Part shown: positions 23,501 through 33,193 of the stretch, piece after piece
Layout: each line of letters begins with the position of its first letter
Numbering within the stretch: position 1 is the stretch's first letter
Assembly (NCBI GenBank): GCA_017414435.1
Contig: JAFQMN010000004.1
Coordinates: 10,375 to 74,374, forward strand
Direction of reading: 5' to 3'
DNA from: Oscillospiraceae bacterium
GTDB taxonomy: Bacteria; Bacillota; Clostridia; Oscillospirales; Ruminococcaceae
Length of the DNA: 64,000 nucleotides
Translations under genes and position numbers: made by a program
The notes under the pieces: generated by a model
What the model was told of the DNA's origin: nothing
The model's input: only the letters and a program-made list of their open reading frames with translations
The model's database searches: none

Positions 23501-24843
23501 ATGCGCTCAAATTCTGCATTTAAACCGGTTGTTTCAATATCAAAAACTATCATGTTTTTGCACAATTTTATGGCAGCAAGGTCATTGAATTCTTTTGCTT
23601 GAGCATTTTTTGCCTCTTTAGAATTATAATCATCATCATTTACCATATAACCTTCTAGGCCATAAATAATTTTAATATTTTTGCCCGCTTTTTTAAGTTT
23701 TTGGGCTGCCACCGCTGCATCTGGAAATGCTTGCACAACACCATGGTCTGTTATTGCAACAGCTTTATGACCCAAAGCACATGCCTTATTAACTATTTCA
23801 GATACATCGGCAATGCCATCCATAGCAGACATGTTAGTATGCAAATGTAGTTCTACTCTTTTTTCTTCTGCCGTATCTATCTCTATTTTCTCTTCAACAG
23901 GTTCAATATTACAGGCTGAAACAATTAGCTCATTTAAGAATTTATCGTTGCTTAATTTACCACTAACCTTAATAAAAGTTCCTTTTTTTAAAATTTTACT
24001 AAGTTCCGCTGCCTCCTCTTTAGGTTTAATCTGTTTCACAATAATACAATCTGTTTCATCTTCACCGTAAATTGAAAAAATAACCTTTCCATTTTTAATC
24101 TCAAAAGAATCTACTGAAAAAATTCTTAACTTTAAAGACACTTTGGAGCCCGAAGCAAGTTTGAGTGCTTCGGCTACCGAGATGATATCTTCTTTTACAT
24201 TGCTAGAATTAAAGTTTGTATTAAGACTTATATTAAAATTATTATTTGATATTTGTGAACTTTGCAATATATGCCTGTTGGATGTATCTTCTTTATTAAT
24301 GTGCAACGTGTTTTCTTGTTTGTTAAGTATATTAGAGCTATTTTGAGGCTGTGGATTTTCTTTTTTTTGCTGAACAAACTCTATTGTTGGTGATATGCCA
24401 AAAAGTTCGTTAAAAGCTTGTGTTATTTTAGCAGCATAAACCTCTTTACAAAATATTCCGTTTATATACTTTACCTTTATTGTTGCTATAGTGTAATCAT
24501 CATTTAAACTGCAATCACTTAAAATTCCATAGACCGGTAAACCGAAATCAACAAGTTTGCTAAGTAAAACCTGGAAAGTTTCTTCTTTATTCTGCAATAA
24601 GTTAGTTTTAAACCTAATGTTAAAATTGATTTTTTTATTTTGAAAATACTTTTTTAGAATGTTTTTTAACTCTTTTTTTTCTGGAGGTGTGAAAAATGTG
24701 CCAGATAGACCAATAAGGTTGATTTCTGACTTGTATTCATCTAAAATCAACCTATCTATTTCTAAATTTAATAATGTTTCTGAACACTCTATATTTACAT
24801 CATGATTTTTTAAACTTTTACATATTGCTTCTTTTAAGTTCAA
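20515..24843 (-). CDS. polC: DNA polymerase III alpha subunit, PolC type
   Basis: 1442 aa. PHP domain (VELHLHTNMSAMDG), an inserted DnaQ-like 3'-5' exonuclease (FDIETTGL...HRACDDA), a polymerase core with Zn-finger CPKC...CPIC, and a C-terminal HhH. Confidence 0.97.
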   Translation of the reverse strand: MNLKEAICKSLKNHDVNIECSETLLNLEIDRLILDEYKSEINLIGLSGTFFTPPEKKELKNILKKYFQNKKINFNIRFKTNLLQNKEETFQVLLSKLVDFGLPVYGILSDCSLNDDYTIATIKVKYINGIFCKEVYAAKITQAFNELFGISPTIEFVQQKKENPQPQNSSNILNKQENTLHINKEDTSNRHILQSSQISNNNFNISLNTNFNSSNVKEDIISVAEALKLASGSKVSLKLRIFSVDSFEIKNGKVIFSIYGEDETDCIIVKQIKPKEEAAELSKILKKGTFIKVSGKLSNDKFLNELIVSACNIEPVEEKIEIDTAEEKRVELHLHTNMSAMDGIADVSEIVNKACALGHKAVAITDHGVVQAFPDAAVAAQKLKKAGKNIKIIYGLEGYMVNDDDYNSKEAKNAQAKEFNDLAAIKLCKNMIVFDIETTGLNAEFERITEIGAIKVMDGRILETFNTFVNPQKPIPQRITELTGITDDMVKDAPKEDEALTKFLDFCNVSTEPIFVAHNAKFDMSFISATANRCGIKIPTRYIDTVKIARILYPELKNHKLDTVAEYLDVGDFNHHRACDDADVLARIVLKMQSDINARTQITISNTELYKRLPTSHVILLAKNQVGLKNLYKLVSFSHLDYFYKKPRLLKSLINKHREGLIIGSACESGELFRAVSSGNDARSLLTIAEFYDFLEVQPIENNIFMLKRGLVESKEELQSFVKKIVDIGKTLKKPVVATGDVHFLNKKDEIYRRILMEAQGFEGADIQPPLYFKTTKEMLEDFSFLSKEVAEEIVVHNTQKIADQIEEILPIPQGTFTPKIEGAEELLRSYSLKAAHDAYGEELPEIVEARLTKELDAIINHGFAVLYVIAQKLVLKSVEDGYQVGSRGSVGSSFVATMAGISEVNPLPPHYVCPKCKNSEFILDSSVGSGYDLPEKNCPICNTQYKRDGHNIPFETFLGFHGEKAPDIDLNFSGEYQATAHKYTEELFGSAHVFKAGTIATIADRSAYGFVMRYLEKNNIKVSKAKETRLILGCTGIKRTTGQHPGGMVVVPSDFEVYDFTPVQHPADDKDSGVVTTHFDFNSLHDTILKLDLLGHDVPTMYKHLEELTGVKITDIPMSDKNVVKMFTSSAPLGVSLDDIDCATGSLGLPEMGTGFVRQMLTEANPQSFSDLLQISGLSHGTNVWLGNAQDLIKNKTCTISDVIGTRDSIMTYLLQKGLEPDLAFKIMEIIRKGKASTLLNEEYITIMKEHNVPDWYIESCKKIKYMFPKAHAAAYVIAAIRLGYFKLYYPLEFYTVLLSIKDVPLEYDWLFNGKFYAAQKFKELNRPDIKKTAKENEQFMMLQIIYEILARGFEFATVDLYKSQATRYIIDEGRIRLPFSALKGVGSTAANKLVAVAKTEKLFSVEDLVRKSGISRGFVSELSAFGALKGMPESNQLSMF

Positions 24844-24867
24844 TGCAAAATTCCCTTCTTAAAATTA

Positions 24868-25647
24868 TCAATCTACACATTTTTCACAAGGTGTATACCC
24901 TTGCTCTTTTGCTTTGGATATAGTTATATTTTCAGCATTTTTGCCTGCACAAGTTAACGAAGAATGGTATTTTCTACCATGAGGTGTTACATATACGGTT
25001 ATTGTCTTTTGTTCTTGAACATTTGGTATATTTACTACACCGTTAGAGTTTTTGGGCATATATGTTAAAAAATGTTGTGTTACAAACCACACATAATAAC
25101 CGTCCTGTTTTTGGCAATAAAACCCTACTCCTACATAATCAAAGTCTCCTAACATGTTTTTATAATGCGGCGCACTTGCTTTAAATTTATCAAAAATTAT
25201 CTGCGGTGTTGGCATGTAGTAAGTATAGCCCCTTTGAATGTTTTCTGCCCACTTCCTTTTATTCGTTATATTAATATCTTCTTCATCAAACACAGTATCC
25301 CACAACGAACCGTCTGGCCTTGTGTGTGAAAAATAATCGTTATCAAACATCTCTTTTGATCTTAACCTTGCACTTTTTTTGAGCTTAGTTTTTAATTTTA
25401 GTTGTTTAAGTGATGTGTTATGCTCCTTATTATAGCGTTTACGCTCTTTATTAATTAATTTAACAACCTCTTTTTCTAATTTTATGCAATTGCCATTTTT
25501 ATTTATTTTATATTCTTCATTTTGATTGCTATCTGTGACCTCTGTTGCCTCACTCTGCAAAAATTCTAAGTATGCGCTAAAGCTTTGATTGTTTGCTATA
25601 CTTATAAGCAAAACAATTAATATATTTGCAAAAATACAATGTTTCAT
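24868..25647 (-). CDS. Secreted CAP/SCP (YkwD-like) domain protein with a C-terminal Cys/His motif
   Basis: Signal peptide, then the CAP-like pattern ...LRSKEMFDNDYFSHTRPDGS...APHYKNML. The C-terminal HGRKYHSSLTCAG....GYTPCEKC resembles small metal-binding tails seen on secreted Firmicutes proteins. Confidence 0.55.
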   Translation of the reverse strand: MKHCIFANILIVLLISIANNQSFSAYLEFLQSEATEVTDSNQNEEYKINKNGNCIKLEKEVVKLINKERKRYNKEHNTSLKQLKLKTKLKKSARLRSKEMFDNDYFSHTRPDGSLWDTVFDEEDINITNKRKWAENIQRGYTYYMPTPQIIFDKFKASAPHYKNMLGDFDYVGVGFYCQKQDGYYVWFVTQHFLTYMPKNSNGVVNIPNVQEQKTITVYVTPHGRKYHSSLTCAGKNAENITISKAKEQGYTPCEKCVD

Positions 25648-25650
25648 ATT

Positions 25651-26103
25651 TTAAGCTCCGTTATTAACCATTTTCACCATTTCGCTAACCGCTAAAGAGT
25701 CACAACGTTCATTTTCTGGGTGCGCATTATGACCCTTTACCCAAAAAAATGCAACATCGTGAATTTTTAAAAGAGCTAAGAGCTCATTCCAAAGATCAAC
25801 ATTAAGAACCGGTTTTTTATTGCTGGTTTTCCAACCGTTTTTCTGCCAATTGTTAATCCAACCTTTTTTAAAAGCATCTACAACATATTTGGAATCACTG
25901 AACACTTCCACCTCACATGGTTCTTTTAGCGTTTTAAGAGCCATTATTACTGCTGTTAATTCCATTCTGTTATTTGTTGTTTCTTTTAATGCTCCACAAA
26001 TCTCTTTCTCTTGCTCTTTATATTTTAAAATTGCTGCGTAGCCCCCTGGGCCAGGATTACCTGAACAAGCACCATCAGTGAATATTGTTACTTTTTTTTT
26101 CAA
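25651..26103 (-). CDS. rnhA: Ribonuclease HI
   Basis: VTIFTDGACSGNPGPGGYAAIL..., TNNRMELTAV, FSDSKYV, HNAHPENERCD: classic RNase H1 catalytic DEDD context. Confidence 0.9.
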   Translation of the reverse strand: MKKKVTIFTDGACSGNPGPGGYAAILKYKEQEKEICGALKETTNNRMELTAVIMALKTLKEPCEVEVFSDSKYVVDAFKKGWINNWQKNGWKTSNKKPVLNVDLWNELLALLKIHDVAFFWVKGHNAHPENERCDSLAVSEMVKMVNNGA

Positions 26104-26127
26104 TTTTTCGCCTCGTTCCTACTTACA

Positions 26128-26907
26128 TTAAGCATTAAGATTCATATCACTTTCTACCATATTAGATGATGCCTTAGATTTGATAAAGTTAACAATTCCG
26201 CACGGAAGGTAGAATAAAAAGAAAATCCCGCTAGTTAACATGCCAAAATTAAAGTAATATTCTAAGCCTTCACCAAAGTCATCCAGCGGGCTTGCCGTTT
26301 CTGGTGCGTGGGATAAATACATATAGTTTTGGTCGAATACTTTATCTATAAATGCGACAAAAACAGCTACAAATATTAATGTTTTTAGTGCATATAAAAA
26401 AGACTTAAATGAAATTTTATATCTTTCTACAATTAAGCCATAGCACATTGTTAAAATAATATAGCTGTGGATAATAAAAAAGTGATAAAATCTAAATTTA
26501 TTAGCACCATATATTAACGCTGGGAAAGTTAAAGCTGCAATTGCTCCTATGCTCCAAAAATAGAGCAGTTCAAAAATGTGTTGCTTTTGAGTTTTGTTTA
26601 GTTCATTTTTTAAATTAAAAACAGCTGATAAAATTAATGTTATACTGCACAGATCAAAATAAAACAAATTTCCTAAAAAGTTCTCATCGTTTATATAGTT
26701 CCAAACGTGAAATAAAAGTTCGCAAGTAATAGCTATGCTGCTAGAAATTACTTTGATTAGTCTATCTGCTTTTGGTGTTATTTTATTCTTAAAAAGCACC
26801 ATTAATATAATTAATATTGCCAATATATAAAGTACTATTAGATGTTCTTTGCCATAAGCTTCAAAACCATAGTTATTGTAGTTACCTTGCCAAAAATGTT
26901 TTAGCAT
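26128..26907 (-). CDS. Integral membrane protein (possibly YwaF/TIGR02206-like)
   Basis: 259 aa with about 7 hydrophobic segments. The family assignment is only a size/topology impression. Confidence 0.35.
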   Translation of the reverse strand: MLKHFWQGNYNNYGFEAYGKEHLIVLYILAILIILMVLFKNKITPKADRLIKVISSSIAITCELLFHVWNYINDENFLGNLFYFDLCSITLILSAVFNLKNELNKTQKQHIFELLYFWSIGAIAALTFPALIYGANKFRFYHFFIIHSYIILTMCYGLIVERYKISFKSFLYALKTLIFVAVFVAFIDKVFDQNYMYLSHAPETASPLDDFGEGLEYYFNFGMLTSGIFFLFYLPCGIVNFIKSKASSNMVESDMNLNA

Positions 26908-26977
26908 ATTTATTGTTCTTCCTTCCCATGTATTAAGCTATAATTATTATATCATGAATAACAAGTTTTGTAAATCT

Positions 26978-27481
26978 TTATTCCCAATTGAACCTTGTTA
27001 GATTGCCTGTGCATTTAAAACCATTAAATTTATTTTGCCTTAAAGCTTCGTATGTTGCAATTGCTACAGAATTAGAAAGATTAAGGCTTCTAGATTCTGA
27101 AATCATTGGTATTCTAACACAACAATGTTGGTTTTTTAAAAGTAAAGTCTCTGGCAAACCTGCATCTTCTCTGCCAAAAACAAGAAAAGAATTTAAAGGA
27201 TAAGTTAATTCTGAATAAACTTTTTTTGCTTTCGTTGAAAAATAAAAAAAGCTACCGTGGTTTTTCTCAAAAAAGTCATCTAAATTTTCGTAATATTTTA
27301 TATTAAGCATATGCCAATAGTCTAGCCCCGCTCGTTTGAGTTTTTTATCATCTATCTCAAAGCCAATCGGTTTTATTATATGCAAGTTACTATTAGTTGC
27401 CGCGCATGTTCTTGCAATATTGCCCGTGTTTTGTGGAATTTGAGGCTCTACTAGCACAATATTTAAGTTTATTTTGCTCAT
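26978..27481 (-). CDS. trmL: tRNA (cytidine/uridine-34 2'-O)-methyltransferase TrmL (SpoU family)
   Basis: NIVLVEPQIPQNTGNIARTCAATNSNLHIIKPIGF..DDKKLKRAGLDYW and C-terminal SLNLSNSVAI are SPOUT/TrmL motifs. 167 aa. Confidence 0.85.
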   Translation of the reverse strand: MSKINLNIVLVEPQIPQNTGNIARTCAATNSNLHIIKPIGFEIDDKKLKRAGLDYWHMLNIKYYENLDDFFEKNHGSFFYFSTKAKKVYSELTYPLNSFLVFGREDAGLPETLLLKNQHCCVRIPMISESRSLNLSNSVAIATYEALRQNKFNGFKCTGNLTRFNWE

Positions 27482-27520
27482 ATATTTACCCTCTTTAAAT
27501 TAATAGCCAATCAAAAGAAA

Positions 27521-27549
27521 TATGCTTCTTAATTTAACAGAAGCATATA
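27521..27549 (-). terminator. Rho-independent terminator after corA
   Basis: ATATGCTTCT-9 nt loop-AGAAGCATAT, followed on the minus strand by TTCTTTTG. It lies about 19 nt after the corA stop. Confidence 0.65.
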
Positions 27550-27567
27550 TATTATTAAGAGTTACAA

Positions 27568-28518
27568 TTATAATAAATCTTTTTTCTTCAGAATTAAGTA
27601 ACTTCCCAATGTGGAAATTACCGAAATAATAACTAAAACTATTAAACCATAGTTTTTATTGCCCATTGGTAAAGGAACGTTCATGCCATAAAAACTTGAA
27701 ATTAATGTTGGAATTGCTAATAAAATTGTAATTGACGTTAAGAATTTCATAGCAATGTTTAAATTGTTAGAGATAATAGAAGCATAGCTGTTCATTGTGC
27801 TTGTAACTATTCCAGAATAAATACTTGCCATCTCTATTGCCTGCCGAATCTCTATTAAAACATCAGATAAAATATCTTCATCATCTTCGTATAATTTTAA
27901 AACTCTGCCTCTCATTATTTTCTCTATAGTTGCTTGGTTTGATTTTAAAGAAGTTGAAAAATAAACTAATGATTTTTCTAACTCTAACAGCTGTAAAAGC
28001 TCCTTGTTCTTCATAGAGCTTTTTAGTTGAGCTTCTAATAAACTTTCTATTTTATCTATTTGTTTTAGGTATTGTAGAAACCTGATTGCAATACGATAGA
28101 GCATAATAAATAAAAACTGTGTTTTATATTGTGTGTTCAGGTTTTTTACCCTTGAATCTTCAAGCTCTTTAATCACTGTGTTTTCTTTTAAAGAGATTGT
28201 TAAGATAAAATCTTTTGCAATTACTACTCCAAGTGGCATTGTAAAATACAGTAATGTGTTTTCGCTTTGCCGTTCGGCATAAGGCGCGTCTACAATAACT
28301 AATGTTTGTTGACCATCATCGCTTATTTCTGTTCTAGACGATTCTTCTTCATCTAATGCTGAATTTAAAAACATCTCGTCTATTTTAAGCACGTTTTTTA
28401 AATATTCTAGTTCGGTTTCATCTGGTGCAATCACATTAACCCAGCAACCGGATTCTAATGAATCTATTTGGCAAATTTTCCCATTAACTGATTTGTAAAA
28501 TTTTAGCATTGAATTCAC
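27568..28518 (-). CDS. corA: CorA-family magnesium/cobalt transporter
   Basis: 316 aa with two C-terminal TM helices and the signature FYGMN (SSFYGMNVPLP). Confidence 0.85.
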   Translation of the reverse strand: MNSMLKFYKSVNGKICQIDSLESGCWVNVIAPDETELEYLKNVLKIDEMFLNSALDEEESSRTEISDDGQQTLVIVDAPYAERQSENTLLYFTMPLGVVIAKDFILTISLKENTVIKELEDSRVKNLNTQYKTQFLFIMLYRIAIRFLQYLKQIDKIESLLEAQLKSSMKNKELLQLLELEKSLVYFSTSLKSNQATIEKIMRGRVLKLYEDDEDILSDVLIEIRQAIEMASIYSGIVTSTMNSYASIISNNLNIAMKFLTSITILLAIPTLISSFYGMNVPLPMGNKNYGLIVLVIISVISTLGSYLILKKKDLL

Positions 28519-28544
28519 CTCTGCACAAAACTGTTTTTAATAAC

Positions 28545-29489
28545 TTAAGAAATAAATTCACTTCTGTAATTGTTTTTAATTATTTCTGTAAAAAGTGGTG
28601 CTGCCGAAAGTATTTTTATTTTTTTTGATTCATTTTTCGCCAAAGGTATTGTATTTAGCAAAACCAGTTCGCAAATTTCACTATTTTCTATTAAACTTAC
28701 TGCCTGCCCAGAAAGTACTCCATGTGTAGCGCACGCAAAAACTTCTTTTGCTTTGCCAATTTTTTTAATTGCCTCTGCAGATTTACACAATGTACCTGCT
28801 GTATCTACCATATCGTCTATGATAATAGCGTATTTTCCCTCAACATTTCCAATAATACTCATAACCTCACATACATTTGCCTTTGCTCGCTGCTTTTCAA
28901 CAACAGCCATAGGAACGTTTAATAGCTGTGCAAATTTTCGTGCCCTTTTTACTGAGCCTATATCTGGAGCTACAACTACTAAATCCACTTTCTGGCTCTT
29001 AAACTTCGCCTCAAAATAATCTAAGAACACATTAAGGCCTAAAATGTTCTCTACTGGAATATCAAAAAAACCCTGAATTTGCGGTGAATGTAAATCAACA
29101 GTAATTATTTCATTTGCTCCAGCTACCGCAAGAAGGTTAGCAACTAATTTTGCAGATATTGGATCATATGGCCCTGCTTTTCTATCTTGCCGGGCATAAC
29201 CAAAATATGGGATAACTGCTACAATATTTTTTGCTGACGCCCTCTTACACGCATCAATCATAACAAGCAATTCCATTAAATTATTGTTGACTGGTGAACA
29301 TGTGGATTGAACTAAAAAGACATCGCAACCTTTAACCGGTTCTAAAAGTGAGATGTTAATTTCACCGTCTGCAAAATTAGAAATTTTTGCATTACTTAAA
29401 TTAAGCTCTAAAATTTTTGCTATTTCTTCTGCTACTAGTTTTCCTGCTGTTCCTGCAAATATTTTTATTTTTCTTGCATCTAACTTCAT
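28545..29489 (-). CDS. prs: Ribose-phosphate pyrophosphokinase
   Basis: 314 aa. FADGEI, PYFGYARQDRK, VTVDLHS, and the PRPP-binding loop IIIDDMVDTAGT. Confidence 0.95.
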   Translation of the reverse strand: MKLDARKIKIFAGTAGKLVAEEIAKILELNLSNAKISNFADGEINISLLEPVKGCDVFLVQSTCSPVNNNLMELLVMIDACKRASAKNIVAVIPYFGYARQDRKAGPYDPISAKLVANLLAVAGANEIITVDLHSPQIQGFFDIPVENILGLNVFLDYFEAKFKSQKVDLVVVAPDIGSVKRARKFAQLLNVPMAVVEKQRAKANVCEVMSIIGNVEGKYAIIIDDMVDTAGTLCKSAEAIKKIGKAKEVFACATHGVLSGQAVSLIENSEICELVLLNTIPLAKNESKKIKILSAAPLFTEIIKNNYRSEFIS

Positions 29490-29561
29490 AATATTCGCCT
29501 CGTTTTACGCAAATTCCATTTGAAATAATAACATTTTTGAGCTAGTTTTGTCAATAAAAAA

Positions 29562-30482
29562 TTAATGGTGGTGGTGATGAGTTTTATTTATATTTAAATA
29601 GCCACGCATTTCAAATTCACAATTATCTTCTTTGCATCGCTCACATTCAAATTCTATCTCTATAGTAACATGACCAATATTATAATCTAGCATTACATTG
29701 CGCACAAACTTCTTTATCTCTGAAAGTTCTAACTCATTTAAGCCATCACATACAACAACATGTATTGTTGAATACGTATTAATTCCATCTGCTAACCACA
29801 TGTGTATATGATGAATATTTATTATTTTACTGTTCTTTAAAAGGTCATTCTTTAGTTCAGCTACATCAACATCTTTAGGCGCCCTCTCAAGTAACACTTC
29901 AAAAATTAGCTTTAAATTTTTAATAACATTTATTAGGATAAATAACACAATGCCCAATGATAGCAGCGGATCTAAGATGTTTACATTAAATATCTTTATT
30001 AAAAAACTTACCGCAAGTGTCGCCACCCAGATCATTACATCACTTAACAAATGTAAGCTTACTGCACGTTCACTGATGCCTGTTCCTTTTGCAGTTTTAT
30101 AAACTCCTAAGCCTTTAAATATAATGCCAATTACCGACAGAATTAACATGCCGTTTTTATCAACTTCCTGCGGTGAATAAAATCTGGGTAATGTTTCGTA
30201 AAAAATTACAATACAGCTCGTTAACAAAATTAAAGAGTTAATTAAAGCTCCCAAAAAAGAAAATCGCATATAACCATATGTATATTTTTCGTTAGGGCGT
30301 CTTTCTGATATCTTTTCGAGTATCCAAGATGCTCCAAGTGCTACTGTATCGCCACAGTCATGAATAGCATCTGATATAATTGATATACTATTTGTTAAAA
30401 TTCCACCAATAATTTCTACTACAAAAAAAGCTATATTTAACAATAATGCTAAGCCAATATTTTTTGTCGATTCCCGTTTCAT
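29562..30482 (-). CDS. Cation diffusion facilitator (CzcD/ZitB-like) divalent-metal efflux protein
   Basis: Six TM segments with HDxxD (AIHDCGD) and HLLSD motifs, a cytoplasmic C-terminal domain, and a His5 tail. I place the start at ATG 30482 (MKREST...), which has GGGAG 8 nt upstream and lies 1 nt after the murD stop. Confidence 0.8.
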   Translation of the reverse strand: MKRESTKNIGLALLLNIAFFVVEIIGGILTNSISIISDAIHDCGDTVALGASWILEKISERRPNEKYTYGYMRFSFLGALINSLILLTSCIVIFYETLPRFYSPQEVDKNGMLILSVIGIIFKGLGVYKTAKGTGISERAVSLHLLSDVMIWVATLAVSFLIKIFNVNILDPLLSLGIVLFILINVIKNLKLIFEVLLERAPKDVDVAELKNDLLKNSKIINIHHIHMWLADGINTYSTIHVVVCDGLNELELSEIKKFVRNVMLDYNIGHVTIEIEFECERCKEDNCEFEMRGYLNINKTHHHHH

Positions 30483-30483
30483 T

Positions 30484-31854
30484 TTATCTTCTCCCATTTT
30501 TTATGTTCTGCACTTCAAATTTAAATGCTTTGCCTCTTTCTTCAAAATTACTAAACATATCAAAACTAGCACAAGCCGGCGCAAGTAAGACTACATCTCC
30601 GCTTTTGGCATTTTTTGTTGCAATCTCAACCGCTTCCTTAATTGTAGTTACTAACTCTATTTTAGTTTTATTTTTGTTAAAATATTTAGATTTTGTGATT
30701 GCATGTTTAATGCTGTTTGCTGTTGCGCCCATAAGCACTACACATTTAACTTTTTTTGCGATTTCATCGCCTAGTTCATCAAACGGTAGCCCTTTATCTG
30801 ACCCGCCAGCAATTAGCACAATTGGTTCTTTGAACACAGAAATGCCTATTATTGTTCTATGTGGTGTTGTTGCAATAGAATCGTTAAAAAACTTTACTCC
30901 GTTAATCTCTTCACAAAATTCTATTCTATGCTCAACTCCATTAAACTCTTTAGCAACCGTTGCTATATCTTCTGGCTCTACAATATCTTCTGTTGCCGCA
31001 ATGGCAGCTAAATAATTCTCTACATTATGAGAACCTCGCAGTTTTATTTCGTCAACCGATATAATTGCCTGATTTTTAGAATTATACAAAACTCCCTCTT
31101 TAACATGCACCATTGCTTGGCTAAGCCCAAAAGTGACAACTTGCCCTCGTGCTATTTGTGAAAAATAATGTGTATATTCGTCTTTTTGGTTTAGTACCGC
31201 TCTAGAAAATGCATCTTGATGCGCAATTATATTTTTTTTAGCAGCAACGTAATTTTGCATTGTTTTATGCACATTAAGATGATTTGGTGTTAAGTTTGTA
31301 ATAACGGCAATATCTGGACTTATTCGCATAGATTCTAATTGAAAGCTGGATAGTTCAACCACAACTATATCTTCTTTATTCATATCATCTACATACGGCA
31401 AAAGTGGTTTGCCAATATTGCCACCCAAATGAACAGCTTTACCTGCTTGTTTGAGAATTTTATAAATTATTGTAGTTGTTGTTGTTTTACCATCGCTGCC
31501 TGTTATTCCAATTGTTCGGCATGGGCATAACTTGAAAAATAGCTCTAGTTCACTTGTAACAATTTTATTTGCCGCTCTAATTCTTTGAATTTCTTCACTT
31601 TTAAAAGGCAGGCCAGGAGTACGAAAATAGATATCCGCATCTAAATCTTTTAAATAGTCTGTGCCTGTTCTTAATTCTACTCCTAGTGCTTTAAATTTTT
31701 GTATTAGTTCTGGGCTCACCGGCTTTTTATCTAAAGCCTGCACTTTTGCTCCAAGTTGTGCAAATTTTAAAATTGCCTGGGTATGACTAACGCCAACACC
31801 TATAAATGCTATCTTTTTATTTTTATATGAATTTAAAAAGTTCTGCAGTATCAT
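30484..31854 (-). CDS. murD: UDP-N-acetylmuramoyl-L-alanine--D-glutamate ligase
   Basis: N-terminal Rossmann IAFIGVGVS, P-loop GITGSDGKTTTT, and overall Mur ligase architecture at 456 aa. Confidence 0.9.
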   Translation of the reverse strand: MILQNFLNSYKNKKIAFIGVGVSHTQAILKFAQLGAKVQALDKKPVSPELIQKFKALGVELRTGTDYLKDLDADIYFRTPGLPFKSEEIQRIRAANKIVTSELELFFKLCPCRTIGITGSDGKTTTTTIIYKILKQAGKAVHLGGNIGKPLLPYVDDMNKEDIVVVELSSFQLESMRISPDIAVITNLTPNHLNVHKTMQNYVAAKKNIIAHQDAFSRAVLNQKDEYTHYFSQIARGQVVTFGLSQAMVHVKEGVLYNSKNQAIISVDEIKLRGSHNVENYLAAIAATEDIVEPEDIATVAKEFNGVEHRIEFCEEINGVKFFNDSIATTPHRTIIGISVFKEPIVLIAGGSDKGLPFDELGDEIAKKVKCVVLMGATANSIKHAITKSKYFNKNKTKIELVTTIKEAVEIATKNAKSGDVVLLAPACASFDMFSNFEERGKAFKFEVQNIKNGRR

Positions 31855-31866
31855 TTTTTCTCATCT

Positions 31867-33159
31867 TCATTCTTTAATTGTGTTCGTTGACTCTTCATCT
31901 TCTTTGCATTCTCCCAGTAAGCCGTTAATTAGGCTTATTGGTTTTAACTTGAAATTTTTTAGAATTTCGAAAACAAGTATTAATTTTACTTTAGTTAATA
32001 TGCCATTATAGCCGTTTTCGTAATAATGTTCGATTGGCTCAAACCTCTTTGCTATTGCATAAATTAAAGTAAATACTTCATCTGGTGTAGGCTTTGACTG
32101 TTTTTTTATAGCATTCATACAGATTAAAGCTCTTAACATAGAAAAATAAACTGTTAAAAATAATACTGAATCGCTCATGCTATTAAAATAAAGAAAAGGT
32201 ATTCCATTGCTAAAACATTCATTAACCAAAATATTTTCTACCATATAACCATATTGCTCTTCAAAAGGTATATAGTAATTTTTATAGGCTGTTTTATACT
32301 TTAGTGTGATCTCTTGCATATCTTTAACGTCAACACCATCTGCTAGTTCTGCAATAAAATCAAGCAGGTGATCCACTTCGTCATTATAATTGGATCTTAG
32401 CATTGTTTCGAATAGTAAATAACACAAAACTAACTGTTCTTTAAAACTAGATTTGAAATTCTTAAAAATGCCTATATATTCCTCATCACTTAATTTGTTG
32501 CTATAAAGCTTTACAAACTCCGTACATTTAGAGTCTTTTCCCTCAAACAGCTGGTCTAAGTGGTTATAAAATGTTGCCATGAGTAGCAACCTTTTTTGTA
32601 TAGTAAAATTTCTATTCTGCAATAAATTTATTGCCATATGTTTAAGTTCTGGAATAAACGAAGTGTATTTATTATATATATCTGTATATTTTTGCCCCGG
32701 ATTATTTTTATTCAAATTGCGTTGAACTTTTGTGAATTTTATACCAGACTCTTGGTTTAACATTTTTTTAAGCATTTGCGGGCAAGACGATAACGCACAT
32801 GTATCTAGTTCCCCACACATATTAATATAAGCCTTGGGGTACGATGCGCAAGGAAACCCCAAATATTTTTCGCCTAGTGAATCTTTAATTAAACAATTAC
32901 CACTTTTATCTAAAAACTTGCAGGTACCTTCTGGTTTTAAAAAAGCATAATCGTATTTAGTATTAGATGCTTCGTTTATTTTTAAGCTTTCTTTAGCTAT
33001 TGTTTGCACTTTTGGGTTATTACATGTTATTAGTGTATTGTATGACTCTTTACTAAAATAAATTATATCAAATCTATTGCAGCATTTATCTTTACACTTT
33101 GCACGCTCACATTGAAAGTCTAGAGCAAAATCTGGCATATTCATAATTACTCTCGGCAT
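31867..33159 (-). CDS. FliB-family Cys-cluster protein (annotated in databases as flagellin lysine-N-methylase family)
   Basis: N-terminal pattern F.CERAKCKDKCCN..., ...GTCKFLDKSGNCLIKDSLGEKYLGFPCASYP..., ...LSSCPQ, as in FliB/YkgJ-type proteins. 12-nt gap to murD. Confidence 0.5.
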   Translation of the reverse strand: MPRVIMNMPDFALDFQCERAKCKDKCCNRFDIIYFSKESYNTLITCNNPKVQTIAKESLKINEASNTKYDYAFLKPEGTCKFLDKSGNCLIKDSLGEKYLGFPCASYPKAYINMCGELDTCALSSCPQMLKKMLNQESGIKFTKVQRNLNKNNPGQKYTDIYNKYTSFIPELKHMAINLLQNRNFTIQKRLLLMATFYNHLDQLFEGKDSKCTEFVKLYSNKLSDEEYIGIFKNFKSSFKEQLVLCYLLFETMLRSNYNDEVDHLLDFIAELADGVDVKDMQEITLKYKTAYKNYYIPFEEQYGYMVENILVNECFSNGIPFLYFNSMSDSVLFLTVYFSMLRALICMNAIKKQSKPTPDEVFTLIYAIAKRFEPIEHYYENGYNGILTKVKLILVFEILKNFKLKPISLINGLLGECKEDEESTNTIKE

Positions 33160-33193
33160 AATAATTCTTCCTCTTTCTTTTTCATTTTAAAAT

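Noticed and set aside
29562-29582. A C-terminal HHHHH on the CDF transporter that looks like an engineered His-tag.
   Set aside because: His-rich C-terminal tails are a natural feature of CDF/ZitB-type metal exporters. The surrounding sequence shows no vector or linker remnants.
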